In this document: positions 10,602 to 24,369 of the stretch, piece by piece
Position numbering within the stretch: position 1 is the first letter of the stretch
How the letters are laid out: each line of letters opens with the position of its first letter
Assembly: GCA_013115145.1 (NCBI GenBank)
Contig: JAAPAO010000171.1
Location: forward strand, 1 to 58,012
DNA from: Perkinsus chesapeaki ATCC PRA-425
Lineage: Eukaryota; Protista; Perkinsozoa
DNA: 58,012 nucleotides
Reading direction: 5' to 3'
Made by a program: the position numbers and the translations under genes
The notes under the pieces: generated by a model
What the model saw: only the letters and a program-made list of their open reading frames with translations
Databases searched by the model: none
What the model was told of the DNA's origin: nothing

Positions 10602-12667
10602 TCACGCGGTTTTGGTGTCCTTCATCGGCGGCGGCGTTCTTATTATAGCATTGGTGGGTGGATGTGGTAAAGATGCTATAGGGGAAGTAGATGGCAGCTT
10701 AGATTTAATGTAAAGCGCGCAACCAGCAAAACTAATAGAGATACCAGCCACGTTGCAATTGTCGTAGATGTAGTCATCGAATAGAAGACCACCTGAATAG
10801 GAAAATGTAGAGTATGTTGAGCGATATGAACTTCTATATGGAAGCTAATCGTAATGAAGTGAGCCAGAAGCACTCGAAGGCATTGAATCCTTTTTAACGT
10901 GTAGGTGATAGACTAGTAACTTTCAACTGCTTATCAAAGTCAATAACGCCTAGGAGTATATCCAGTAAAGGGTGTTTCCAGACGTGACTTCAATCGCTCA
11001 TTGCTTATTGCAATCTTAATGACCAATGGTTCCATAATAAGAGGGAAAATAGATTTGTAGGCGAAAAGAGGAGATCGAACATAAAACCCATTGAAGGATG
11101 AATCGGTTGAAGGATCTTAGGTTGAAGCATGACTTTCGAGTTCAATGGTGTATATTTTTGTCAATAGTTTATCATCAAAAGCATTATGCTACACATTTAT
11201 CGTACCTGTTATCGTCTGGACAATATCTTTGCAGTTGCCAGCTACACTAGTGCTCACTGGGCCCCCCTGCACTATCGACATGGTATTAGATATCTGATGT
11301 AGACCAACCAGTAATATATGAACAAACAGCCCAATCCAAAGCGGCATTGACATGTCTGAACCTCTGGGGAGGAGGAGTTCTCCCGTCCACAGTGCCATAC
11401 CGATGAGCAAGGGAATCGACAACAGGGTTTGAATGAAGAGGGCAACCTCCACCGAACAAACGCGAGGCTGCGCTCCTTTGCTGAGCTGATACATACAAAC
11501 GTTGCAAGCAGTAGTAAAAAAATTTTGAGACAAAGCCGCAAGATAACCAAAAAAATCGTACGTGAGATCACCGTAGCCGGCCAGGACAGTGCCGATGGAA
11601 ATGACCAGGACACCTTCGAGTGAAGCCTGTGGGATCGGCTTGTGCAGTATTAGGGCCTCTCCAACGAGAGCAAACAGGGTGTTGGCACGCCGCAATACCA
11701 AGTACATTGGTACATTGGTCCACTGCACTGCTAGGAACGAAACGATTGTCTCGAGGGAGCGGAAAATGGTGGGGGCAAGTAGAGCCCAGGAGGGATGGCG
11801 GAGAGCTGACGATACCTGATATAGCGATGTTGAGTTGTTCATATGGAAGACGACAACCAAGAGTCTCGGTGAAGATCATGAGTGACAGGATGACTATTAT
11901 GAGATTTCATTAGGGGATAGAGTGGCAAGGCTCTCAACGGCCAAAGCGATGGCCAAGAAACGATACCTTATTAGGAAGCAATAACAGTTCAAGTGACTTT
12001 CCAAGTTTTCATACCGATCTCTGAGAACACACAATTTTGCACTACCTCGCTTTGGGATAAGTTGTAACAGGGGCCAATTAAAGTGAACGATCTCACGAGT
12101 CCAAATGCTCGAATTGAAAGTACGAGATAAAGTGCGCTCTCAGTCCCGAGGACTCCGAAGCCCATCCCATTTTAACCGCCTCCAGGTGTATTCTGAATCC
12201 TTATTTGGTCAAACTCTTCACCGGTCGCCAACCCATCCTTGGCGAGCAAATCAGTGAGGGCTCAAAAACCAGCGAAATTAGGTACTGGGATTCTATGCGC
12301 GCCTCCTGGAGAACGAGTTTAGTTCGGACGGTCCGAACTACACTCGTCCCGGTCCGAATCGGACCTTGCACGGAAAATTCGGCGACGACACATACAAGAC
12401 TTGAGAACCCCGCGGCGGCCTCACCTCCTGAAGCATGCTGGCCTTCCCTTTATTCTGTTTGGTATATATATACCAAAGCAATGGTAAGGTAAGCAGACGC
12501 GTTATCACACTCAGAAGATTGAACGATTTAAAGCCGTACCATTCAACCAGGGCCTTGTTGATCAATCCAAGGGTGCATGCGACAACAGCATAGGTGACGG
12601 TCCACCACGCTATCACAGGACTCCATTTAGGAGGGGCCTCGAGCCGGCTACTCACCGTTATGGACAT
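10602..12667 (-). CDS. Nucleotide-sugar transporter (SLC35D/TPT-like DMT family), multi-exon
   Basis: First exon W.VTYAVVACTLGLINKAL..YGF. Main exon NVPMYLVLRR...F....E..IL ... GT.LAGYGDLTYD..GY ... GPVSTSVAGN.KDI.QT. Last exon GGLLFDDYIYD..NVAGISISFAG..LY, ending TGA at 10602. Confidence 0.88.
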
Positions 12668-12829
12668 GGATAAGTGAGTCAGGTGAAAGGACGTCAGAAA
12701 AAATACGGAAGAAATGGTCTAACGGGGGATCGAGCCTTCAGCCAATGATAGACGGCAGGAAAGGCTTGACGCAAATCCATTCGGATAATCCGACTTAAAT
12801 TATATTTTGCATCATGCCGGATGCTTCCC

Positions 12830-14930
12830 TACCTAATATGTAATACCGGGCAGATCATTGCTCAAAATAATGCCAGTAAAATCCCCTTCATTGCCGAATT
12901 GTTTATACGTATCATTCGAAACAAAGCGTCTCGATGACCTTCCCTCTTCGATTTACGTCTTTCCAATATTCGTGTCCTCCTCATCAGCGTTTAGCTTATC
13001 TCGTAACACTCCGTTAAATACAAGTTCACCGTGTTGGGCGGAGTGTAGAATTCTAGTTGCACTCTGTTCCTTACAATAGTCGATGGGCGGTTTATCTGCG
13101 TCGTAATCTAACCCTTTATCTTGTTCGGGAGTCGGTATTATCTTTCTTTGACGGGTATCACACTATTTAACGTATCCTAGGTCAATCCTTGCACGATCCT
13201 TACTAGGTTGATGAGCCATTATTTCAGGTTTCGTGACCTCTGGCTGCGACTAGACCAAACCAGCAAGCGCCTTCGACGCACTAGTGAACAAGTTAACCGC
13301 AGATCTCTCCACAAAGCGCACATCCCGACTTCCTACGAGAATTGCGTCACTCGCCATATAAAATTCAGAGTGCTTCGGTTTAAGGGGAGAAACAAAGATG
13401 CTGGGTGGCGACGGGCAGTTGGCCAGGAATCTTTTGAAGGTGTGATACCCTCGGATGAGCCACGTATCAGTCGCTTAAATAAAGCCACCTTGAGGGACAG
13501 GGAGAGACAGCCGGCTGTGTGTAAGGTAAGATTGCCCCTTTTGTAAAAGGGGAACGGTCTATTGTTGGAGTCTCCCATAGTAATCAAGTCATATCGTGCA
13601 GCTTGGAAATAAATGCCAGTGTATTTGTAAGGAGTATGAAGGATGCTTTCGGTGCATAAAATACTGCTTCTCACAAAAGGGAAGATATTAACACCATAAT
13701 TTTATTGCGGTATATAGTGGGGCATTATAAAGCCCCGATGATATTCATAGCGTGGAACTACTGGTGACTTTATAACGTCACGTCGGAACAGCTTTATAAT
13801 AGCTTGGTAGGTATTCAGAACAGCTACATGTTCAGCTTTAAAACCTAGAATGTTTTCATATAATAATACCTTTATGGTGAAGCTTCCCTGTGTCAACTGG
13901 TAACTTCCCAAGGACGGGTCCGAACCTAAGCTTTGTAATATATATAATAATATGGTTACGGTAAATGTCACCTGTAGTGGCTGCAGCCATCCATTCCGTG
14001 TTATAAAAATGAACTTGTTCGATGGTTGGGGTGCACTAATGGAGCGGGACGATCATAAATCCTTCCTTCCGATCATCTGATAGATGGGGATTACCTCGGC
14101 TATCTGTTACTGAAATGCTGCCATGGTTTGTGTCCGTTGTCCCCGATATATTGCCATACTCTTCCCAGGTGACCCCCCGAAGATCTATACAATCGTCGGC
14201 AAAGCGGTTGCCGTTGAAGCCTGACGCACCTACTGTGACCGTAATAGGGCTGTCATATCGTCTAGGGAGGAGAGGGATATTCAGATGGGAGAGTTATGAA
14301 CTTGAAAAATATCAGCAATCTTTGGAATCTAAAGTTCCCTCCGCTTTGTTAAGGTGAAACAAGTCGATGAGTGGGATGCATGTATTGCCTTATCAAGATA
14401 TTAACCGTTCTTCATTTCCGTGAAATTTTCCTTTTTAACATAATGGAGATATTCCAGTTTTGATGCGGTTAACGAATGGAATTCAGTAGGATTGCGGCAG
14501 TTGCGCGTCGGTGCGAATACCTTACTTCGGAAAGTACTACAGTAAAATTAATGCCCACTTGTACTGATGGCAGTTTCGAGTTCGATTATCGCTGATTCAG
14601 CGACCGTGAGGTTATAACTAAGTCTGGATAGTTTTGAGCGGCGCAACAATCAGCACGCGTGCACATGGCAGAAGGATTTTTTAGAATTTGATGGGACTGT
14701 TGAAGTGTCTAATTTCGTAGTTGCTCTTGTCATCAGATACACCCCGACCATTTTGGTCTTCGCGGACACGGTAAAGTAGTCGAGTGTAGAGCAAGCGATT
14801 TATGGCTGAGTCGAAGAAGCGAGTTTATAGGGAAAGTAATGCCTGGTTCGGTGATTGAAGTATTTGCCTAAGAAGGCTTTTTCGGTGTATGATTTACCTT
14901 CAAGTACATGGATATTTAATGGTGTTAGTC
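12830..14930 (-). pseudogene. Degenerate intron-poor reading frame(s) of an unknown, possibly secreted, protein family
   Basis: Protein-like frames broken by in-frame stops (e.g. ILLYILQSLGSDPSLGSYQLTQGSFTIKVLLYEN...PQ*; DRARIDLGYVK*CDTRQRKIIPTPEQDKG...KT*IEEG). No domain recognised. Confidence 0.35.
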
Positions 14931-15430
14931 ATTTAATATGTTGTGTTGTATTTAAGCAATATGTGGTCGGTCGGAGGGGGAAATAATGGGCAATCGGAGT
15001 GTGGGGGAAACCGCCCGCGTCCTAGAGGTGCTGACTACTAGTAATAAATTGTTATTAATAATCAGCACCTTATCACATCCATATTATTATTTATATAACA
15101 GTGTATAATCGGTTATCATTGAGGGTACCCGAAAAAATATGAAAGAGGAATCTCAATTTGAGATTCTCAGTTGTACCTTTCATCTCCGTAGAAGCTGAAT
15201 TTGGGCAGTTGATTGAGGTGTAAAATCTTCTGATTGGAGCACCGCAGCTCGAATAAGATAGGTCAAGGAACAGGGATATCCAACGAGAGTTGAACTTCTT
15301 GAATACGCGTGTGTAGTAAGTGCTTAGGCGCTGAAAGGGCAGCTTTGCAACGCCCGGATCAGCACGCATGTGAGCAACGTTTCACCGCGGGGCCAAGTTA
15401 CGGAAAATTCGTTCGGGGGAGATGGTTGGC

Positions 15431-18400
15431 ATGTCTTCTCTTGCTGCAGGTTAATTTCTGATAACTAGTTTATGTTAGATGGGTCGGGTCCAGCAGCTGA
15501 AGTCCTAAGGTGGACACTGATAGTTTTCCTAGTCTTATGTTCAGGTGAGTTCGTCATGGTTCACGGGGGTAGTTATCAATGCGGTGATTATTCGGTTGTT
15601 CGGACTGACTCGTTTGTAACTTTCGTGGGATGAGCCATAACTAATAAAACATGTAATTTCGTGGTTATATAATAATTGTACTAATACATTGTTGTAACTC
15701 ACCTATTGCATTTGAGATGGAAGCGCAACACTGGCTGTAGCCGAAAGCTGCCTAGCAGGCACTACCTACAACTGGTACGCCAGAAGTAAACATCATTGCA
15801 CTTTCGGCTGTTCATAGAGCATATGTGCGCGGTATAATTTCTTCATCTTTGCTCAGCTATGTTCTCGGGCCTTACTCTTGGTTTCCTATCCCTCGATAAG
15901 GTGGGATTGGAAATTGTTAAAGGCAGTGCTAATGCTAAACAAGCCAAGTATGCAAAGCGAATAATTCCTATAAGGAAAGATGGCAATCTTCTACTATGTA
16001 AGTAAAGGTATCTCTAGGTTCACCGTGCAAGATTCATTCTAGCTCGGTGTCCTACACGAAATTTCCTTGGTTTTTCGGAGTAGTCCCACATTGCCGTTCG
16101 CGTTCGATATCCACTTTGACTGAACATTCGGACTTTCCTATTTGTTTTTTGTTGGTTCAATCTCTACGAACTACTTGCATAAAGTTTTGAGGCATGTGCA
16201 TAGTGAAGAAATTAATACTAAGGTCTGAATCTGCGGTTGGAAGGATCACATAGTAAGGTTGGAGAAGGAAGGAGTCAGAAATGAATATGTGTTGATATCG
16301 CCCCTACATTCGTACTTCGAGTCCTTGTTTATTACGGTACTTTGCCTGGGAACTTCTCCACGCGCGCCCTAAGCGCAAACAATATATATGTGTACGGCGG
16401 GTTTTAGTCCCTCATACTGGATGATAGGATATAGCGAGGCACGAATAATTTGGCAATAAGGCAATCATTTATCGCCAGCTTATCATATTCTCACAAGGTA
16501 CATTGCTGTTGGGTAATGTAGCTGTTAACTCTCTCCTTTCCATCCTTCTCGCCGATATCACAGGCGGCCTATTTGGCTTCATAATATCCACTGCAGTTAT
16601 TCTATTGTTTGGCGAAATATTTCCTCAAGTAAGGGACTTAGTAGCTTTTCCTTGCAATGATTATTTCATGCTCAGGCGCTATGTTCGAGATACTCTTTGA
16701 AAATAGGAGGCGCTGCGGTACCCGTTGTTAGGGTGTGCATAGTGCTTCTATATCCAATCGCTAAGTAAGTGTGAACTCCGTCCCTTATTGGCATTTAATG
16801 TTGTATAGATATGAAATCCTTTATTATTGAGGCATAGAATACTTACTAGTAGTAGATTACTACCTTTGTATTATCTTTTCATATGAGAGATCAGCTACTA
16901 GCAGCCTCTCTTATATTAGTGTTTCTTTATAAATCACGTCCGAAACATGGAGCGGTTATTAAGTCGACGACTAAGCGCATTCCGTGTAGACAACACATAG
17001 TGGTTCAAATATCACCATATATTAATATTTAGCACTGTTGATGCAGTTTTCGACTTGCTGACTGTGTCTCAATTAGGCCTATCGCTCTAACGTTGGATTG
17101 AGCTACTGACTGTGTTCCAATTAGGCCTATCGCTGTAACGTCGGATTGAACTACTGACTGTGTCTCAATTAGGCATATCGGTCTAACGTTGGATTGAGCT
17201 ACTGACTGTGTTCCAATTAGGCCTATCGCTCTAACGTTGGATTGCATTCTTGGTAGAGATGTCGGCACTATACATTCAAGATCGGTAAGTCTCTATGGAT
17301 CACCTATTATTTGGCGCAAATTCACAATGAGCTCGTTAGATTTTTTGTGTTTCAAACCATTTCCCCAAGTAGCTCAGCTTCCAATACGAGGTTAACTCAT
17401 GGTAGCTAGTTTGCGGGGAATGAACAGTCAGGACTTTATTGTCAATCACTATGATGTAGTTTGATCTGCAAAGGCGATTAGGCCAATTTCACAAACAGGA
17501 GTATGCGAAATTCGAAAGGCGAATGTGACTCGCATTTGTATCACCCAACGCGAAGTTGACATTGCGCCTTTTCGGCGATAGCGTAAGCGGCCACTGTTGG
17601 TACCCTACATGTCGCCTGTAACAACCGTATTAAATACGAATTTTAGTGTGTCTCGTGGTCATAGAACTGAGACTGTCTCCTCATGCAGCCTGATGTAGCA
17701 AGGGGCGCGCTGGTCACACAAATGGTAGTCTGATCCCCTCGACTTCCAGACCCACCGACACCGAAGAGCCGGTGTACATACGGCTGCTGAGGGTTAAACC
17801 AAGGAGGGCTGACATGGTCAAAGTGCTGTTAGATGTCTTCATCAAACAATGTTTTATAACGGAAACTCCTTCGACTTATTGTCCTCCGGCCTTTTTCGTT
17901 CTCAAAGGGGCGGTACATTAGCGTGCCCTAAACAAGCAAACCGGTCGAGACCGCTATACTGGTCCAGCGGTAGACAACATTATCACACGTTTTAGTGAGG
18001 CCACGAGCTTTAACAGTGTTGGTCCGAATCACGGCTTCTGTCAAATCCGTTTGGCTAGTGAAGTGCGAAGGAAATTAGCCTTTGTCATCGGAGGGCGACG
18101 ATACACTTTGAAGAGGATAAGCATGGGATACTGTAATGCTCCCGCTTTCTTCCAACGCACGGTTGACAAGTCCCTTTATCCACTTGTGGGTCAGCGTTGT
18201 TACACGTACTTGTATGATGTATCCCCGTTGATGCTGTGGATTATTATAATAGTCTACAGTATCAACCCACAGGTATAAACATTTAGCAGACTTATCCACT
18301 GGTCTTGGAGTATCTTTATTAAAACCAATGGTATAAAGGTTAATTCAGGTATGGATGATATAAATCATAATACGTATATGATTCGGAATACTAATATAAT

Positions 18401-21400
18401 CGTGTATATTGTTCTGTTCTATTCTAGTATTAGTACAACGAAATTTATGCATTGTTTCAGGGAAAATGTGCCCAGTAGACCTCACGCGGTGGCATTCGGA
18501 ATTCCTCAGTCCATGTACTGCTTATCATTCAGGAGTTGCTGAAGTTATTGGCAATCCACGTCGAGGAGAAGGCGCTCGACGATGAGACGGGGAAAGTGAT
18601 GCAGGGCGCCTTAAAGACCCTTCACGAGATGAAGGTCTCTCAAGTACGTAGACTGGATATAAATCAAGTGTCGAAACTCGTTTTAATTATCATTCTACAC
18701 CTGCGTAGCCTACTTTTTATACTTTGACATTCAGTCGTGATATACTTTATAAGCACATGAAGGTATATTATCTTATAAAGACTTTTTATATAGACTCGCT
18801 CATAGAAGTTTCCACATTGGTTATCTCCGCCTTCCACAGAGGTTACATGATTGTGCACCAAACCCGTATACTGTACCTTTTCTGGCACGTCTCATGAAGT
18901 CTGATATATACAGGGTGATTCGAAAAGAAGAGCCAATACATAATTTTTGTTAAACCATTAGTCAGAGCCCAATCCGAGTGTCGCAATGGCTGACCCAGAA
19001 TTGGAAAGAGCTCACCGAGAGCTTCAAGTTGGTACCTTACTTCACTCGTAACTCTCACGCGCCCGAAAAATATGAGGCATGGGTCCTTCTTTTTCGAATC
19101 ATCCTGTACATCTATGTACTTGTGAAATTGAGCAAGTTATGCCCCATGAGGTTGATTCATACAAGATATGTAGACACACACAGCAATGCTGTGCCTAGTG
19201 GTCGACGGTATTGAATCAAGCGTTGTCCTACAGGCATGAATGACCTTTGGGGATATCTGCGAAATTATTTTACGGTTTTTCTATCAGATAATGACGCCAG
19301 TCGAAGATGTGTTCATGCTGCCCATAGAAGGTGTACTCGATTATAAAACAGTTACACAGATCTTTCAATGTGGCTTTTCCCGCATTCCAGTCTACAGGGG
19401 AACAATGAATAACATTGTTGGTGAGTAGCTAGAGGTGTCAGAATCATTAATTATCGTCCCTGACTCAGCATAGGACGAACTACTCGCTTTAGTGACGAAT
19501 CCAATTTCAAAGCTCTCTTTGTTCGTAGAGATTTGGAATCGAAAATCAGACGAATCCAGCGATGTACAGTGAAGTGCGCAAGCCTCTCGCGGCTACTGTG
19601 TTGCACAATTCATCACAAGCTCTTCGTCTTGTTCAATGATTGTATTACTTCTTCTTTCAGGGGTGCTCTTCACGAAAGACCTCATCCTCGTAGATCCTGA
19701 TGACGCCACGCCCTTAGCGGCGTTCCTGCAAATATTCGCTCGCTCGCTGGAAGTCTTGGACGAGAATCAAAGTGTTAGCAGCGCGTTTAGAAGATTTAGG
19801 GCAGGTGGCAGCCATATGGGGCTGGTTAGGAGGGTAAGAATATAGGCTTTATGACTCACAAAGCCTGTTGGGTCACAGTATTATATAATAGTACATACTA
19901 GTTTCAAGAGGAAAAATGCTTACTATGATAAACTAAGAACCATTTGTATATCCCACCGTGGGACTCCCACGGCTAAGGAGGGAGATATTAGCTTGTTAAA
20001 TAGAGATGTTATTGCTGCACATGTTGATTTTCTGCTGTTCATTGTTATAGCCTCATATTCAGCTGTTAGCGTCGTATTACTTAATAATGTGGTTTATATA
20101 ATTGTATATTATGTTGTCAGGTCCCAGCAGATAGCTCCGGGAGAGCATCATCCGAGCTAACACTGAAGGGTGAGAATATATGAGATAGTCTCTCTACAAA
20201 ATGAAATGATCCCTATTAGAGACCATATCGCTGGTTGGTATAAATCCAAACCCCCCGTCACACTTCGGCTTCGTTACGAGCCACAATAAGTAGCACCGCA
20301 GTGAAGCTTGTACACCACCCTTGAGGCAGCATTAAATTCACTTAATAATTCAACACACTTCGATCGACCTTAGTATGAAGTTAAAAATGATCTTGTTGAA
20401 GAGTATAGCTTTGTCTTATTGCTTTCTTTATACTCTTCTAGTAACCGTATTACCATAATGCTTTTCAAATATGGCGTTTCTTGGGAGAGTTCAGCGCACA
20501 AGGCATGGATTTCAGGTTCCTCGCCGTTGGTTCGTAAATTTGAAAGCATCGGCACTTTGGTAAGACCAGCAGCTCCAAGCTCCGCAGCAGTTGCACCGTT
20601 GCAGTCGACACACGCTGCTTCGATGACGGGCGGCAGAGACGATCCTGGTTTGGAGCTAGTCGGGGTGCTCACTCTGGAGGATATTGTGGAGGAGATTATA
20701 CAGGAAGAAATTATAGATGAAACTGATGTGTAGGTCATGGCTAGAGGTGTCAGAAAAATCATAAGCAGAGCGATTCGGTCCGATGCACGTCTTGTTAGAT
20801 CTTGAATTATTTATTGTAGATTTCCCCTTAATCTCCACATTATATAAATGGTAAATGTTGTCTGTATTATAGAAACAATTCATATAAGGGACGTTTTATA
20901 ATAAAACCGGATTGATACAATATTGTGTATGAGACCATCTCTAGCAATGAATTCTATAGCTCACTATTGGGATGTGTGGAAGGCTTTATGCACATATATG
21001 GGAGGGGCATTCTCTCTCTGTGATACTTAGTAGTAGTTTCTGGGCTTAGATACGTCGACGTCGACAATCGTGTTGAAGTACCGGGTGATAGAAGTGGGCT
21101 AAACGAGCAGAGGTTGAGAATGCTAAACGCTCAACTGTTGGAGGAGCCCTTGACGGCTGATGAGACCAGAGCGATAGCTCTGCATTTAGTAAGGAAGATT
21201 ATTATTATTTGATATAATGCATCATCACAACATTTAGTGGGCTCGTACTTGCTGTCTACTCCAGTCACTTGATAGAGAGAATCTTTGTTATGCATCCTAT
21301 TGATATTTAATAGCCTAGCTTCCTGTATATATAATAATTGTCATCTTATTGTATATATAGAATTATCATCATGCACGCAGTCGCATACGTTGCTTCATCA

Positions 21401-23465
21401 GATCCATAATCAACCGGCCCTGTCCAAAGAATTGGATCAAAAAAGTGTGGAGTGGTTGTTAGAAAATGCTGAGGTGAGGGGAAACGCTTGTTGCAATTTA
21501 TACTCAATACGAGGACTTGACCTAGCATAAGCGAAAAAATCCTACCAGGAATCGCCCAAAATCTACAGGGTGCGAAGGTCTCACTGCTATGCCGCTGGTG
21601 GCTGTAGGATACGTCTTGCTCGAGCTGAGGTGAGGTTGCCAACAATATCCGTGTAAAATCTATGGCACGTTTTCTCGTCGTTGATACCTCTAGCGTGAAT
21701 GAGTGGCCTCATTGTTAGTTTGGAAAAATTTTCCCTCGGAAAAATAATATCTCGGGAATTTTGGTTCTTGTTTCAGGTGCGCACCTACAATAACCAGCAT
21801 CGCACTAAGGTTAGAGTGGCAGATAGTACTGCTGCTATAAGAACTGAAAGTAGTTTATCTGAGAGAGATACTCATCCTCCTACTACCACTGCGGACGCAG
21901 GCAGTAGCTCTCCTAGGACACTCGAGACGTAAGCCTCAGTTGAACGCTTGTAAAACCAGCTAAATAATGACACTTCCGAATGACAAATTGTAATTTCAAG
22001 AAAATCGCTCCCTTGGCGATTTCGTGCCACACTGTGGCAGCTAAAGCGTCGTATAACATTTATCCATTATTATACATACTTCTGGGGAGTTTCATGACGG
22101 GGGCCAATGAGAGGGTAAGGATAAGTGCCAAGTGTGAATGCACAACGCAAAGTTTTTGCTGCTCTGTTATTCAAGTTCCTTCTTATTGTCCAGCGAGCTC
22201 TCGAACGGATGGTCAGGATTCTTTATATTTGATGTTTTCTACAACGGGTTATACGGTAATGTACTGATGTTTGTTAGTGACAATGCCTGGATATACCGTA
22301 GAGGTGTCGAGACAGATATGTGCTGTATAGTTCTCACAGGGAGATTGGCGGTACTTGCCGGACAAGATCAGTTCAGGTAGGCGGCTGGAGTGTGCGGGTG
22401 CTCGCCAATAAGGGGCGACTATAGCGAGACGTAGGTTGGTTATTGCACCCCCAGACAACAGGGGAGCATCCTTCGTGGTAGCAGCCAAACTCCTAGGTTT
22501 ATTATTTAAAATATTTTCCGTCGGAATACATCCGAGCTTAAGCTACTTAGGTCAGTTTCTCGGTAGCTCTTCTGTGATGAATGGTCGAAAATCTGTCATT
22601 CCGTTCATCAGGTCCGAATCTGGTGCGTTCTCGGTGTTGGCTATCGAGGCTCTCCTGCATGAACATTATTCTCCCGATTTTTCGGCGAGAGTCGGCAGTG
22701 AGAAGGTAACGATCCTTTTCGGTGAGCATAAGCCCAGGAGAGCCCATAAGCCACTTCATAGAGCCCAGGAGGGTTAGGTGGCATAATGTTAATGGTGCAT
22801 TGTAAACGAGCCTGTTCACAAGATCTTCTTAGCTTTTATATCCTGTGGCAAATCCGTCGCCAGTGCGATAGGAAACTGCTTTCTCCTGTCATATTTTTTC
22901 ATATCATGTTTTCCGTAGTTTCTTGCATGTCGAACGACTTATCACTAATAAAATAACATTTCATTCATCATTATTGGAAATCCCAATTGGGAATTCTTGA
23001 TGAGTCCCATTTCCCCAGACACAGACAGGGCGCTCTCTTTTAGGTCCGCTGCATTAATATTAGAAGATCTCTCTATAATGATGCTCTTCATTTCAAGAAC
23101 ACTGGTTATCTCCCAGCACCATCCTCATCAATAGGGCCAGCAAATCTCCTACTTCCGTGCAAGATTGGTAGATCAGCTTTCCCTGTTGCCCAGGGTGTTT
23201 CGAGGTCTGGAAGAGCGCAGCCACGACAGATTCAGGTGAGGTGTCGAAAGTCGTGGCGTGGTTGCGATGGTATTGCTAGGCTCGAATAGAACAGAGGATT
23301 TTGTTAAGCCAGCAATTCATACAGAAACGCAGCAGCGAAAGAAATATGATGTCTCCGGACGCTCGCCAGCTTAGACGCAGTAATTCGGCATTTAATGTGG
23401 GTGATCGGGAGAAGGGTCGAGATGACGACGTTGAAGGGGACAGTAGGAGCGCTGATGGATTATGA
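15431..23465 (+). CDS. CNNM: CNNM/CorB-type metal transporter (DUF21 + CBS pair + cyclic-nucleotide-binding homology domain), many exons
   Basis: Phase-consistent exons: LIVFLVLCS/AMFSGLTLGFLSLD...IIPIRKDGNLLLC/TLLLGNVAVNS...GEIFPQ/ALCSRY.LKIG...YPIAK/PIALTLDCILGRDVGTIHSRS/ELLKLL...GAL/IMTPVEDVFML...GFSRIPVY/VLFTKDLILVDP/GVLTLEDIVEEIIQEEIIDETDV/...YSPDFSA; stop at 23463-23465. Confidence 0.95.
17059..17244 (+). repeat. 48-bp tandem repeat (~4 copies) that includes the 3' splice site and first 24 nt of a CNNM exon
   Basis: Unit TGACTGTGT(CT/TC)CAATTAG|GCCTATCGCTCTAACGTTGGATTGAGCTAC starting at 17059, 17107, 17155 and 17203. The last copy runs into exon 17221-17284. Confidence 0.95.
17400..18345 (+). 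mobile_element. Degenerate Ty3/Gypsy LTR-retrotransposon pol fragment (reverse transcriptase) in CNNM intron 17285-18532
   Basis: Frame from 17751: EPVYIR...YCPPAFFVLKGAVH*RALNK..RDRY..P.VDNI..RF..A..F...HGFCQIRL...K.AFV..G..Y...RISMGYCNAPAFFQRTVD...YTYLYDV. These are canonical Gypsy RT blocks, with YLDD decayed to YLYD, a stop and deletions. Confidence 0.88.
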
Positions 23466-24369
23466 CAATGAACGGGTTGAAGGATCCCCCTGTATAGTTA
23501 GCCTGAGTAGCTGATTTGTGTTAAAGATTACTGTTCGCGTTGGTATTGGTCCTTTTTCAATCTTTTTGGTCTTAAATTTGGTGAGTTGAGTTTTGCCATT
23601 AATGATAAATATGGAAGCGTGTATTGAAGACTCAATATTGCCAAGGTGGCTGCCGGCCACGGGCTGGTGTGGCTAGGTTGGACCACTGCTGATCAATGAG
23701 CAGTGATCAGCCCTACACCCGCTACATCCGACGACGGGTTTCGAGAAGGGAACGCTGATGCACCATACATATAGGAGTGTGGCGGGATAATAGTGAGTTT
23801 CTATATAGTCAATTTTATTTTTACTAATAATTCAAGGTGAGTTTCGGTTTTTCATCTATTTTGAGAAACAATTTTTCGATGAATCCCTTATTATCTATTT
23901 CTTCAATGTATCTCTTAACGTATTCAGTAACCTTCCATCTACTTCCTTCAAACGTGAGTATGCTTGATAATTAATGTCTCGCAGCATCCCTTGGTTCTCC
24001 CTATAAATGGATACCCCCCTAACAGGCCCACTGCCTTCCCCAAGATACCCTATGGCTGGCCATTTTGTAACAGTTACTACAGGAGCATATATCAGAATGG
24101 TTATTATAGGAGCAGGATATCTATTCCCTATATGTGGTAGTGATGTTTTCAAATCGGCTGTTCTATAGCTGGGGAAAGGCCCTTTCCGGAAGGGCCATAG
24201 AAAACAGCAGACCAATAACCGATCTCATGCTTCCCATGGTATCAGTCTAGACTAGACTGTCCAGTGATCATCAGATAGTCTGATTCAGACTAATGCATCA
24301 GAGTCTCTAGTTTAGAGAATGGTAAATAATCCGCATTTTATATACTAAATTCCGATATGCGTTTTAGCC

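Noticed and set aside
12715-12780. GGCTCGATCCC on the minus strand as a tRNA T-loop
   Set aside because: No acceptor, D or anticodon stems could be folded.
17029-17268. Minus-strand ORF with 16-aa repeats (QSVAQSNVRAIGLIET)
   Set aside because: It is the antisense translation of the 48-bp repeat; the plus strand explains it as a duplicated splice acceptor.
19956-19980. CCGT...ACGG hairpin as a Helitron 3' end
   Set aside because: No CTRR terminus at the expected distance and no identifiable 5' TC end; kept only as a palindrome.
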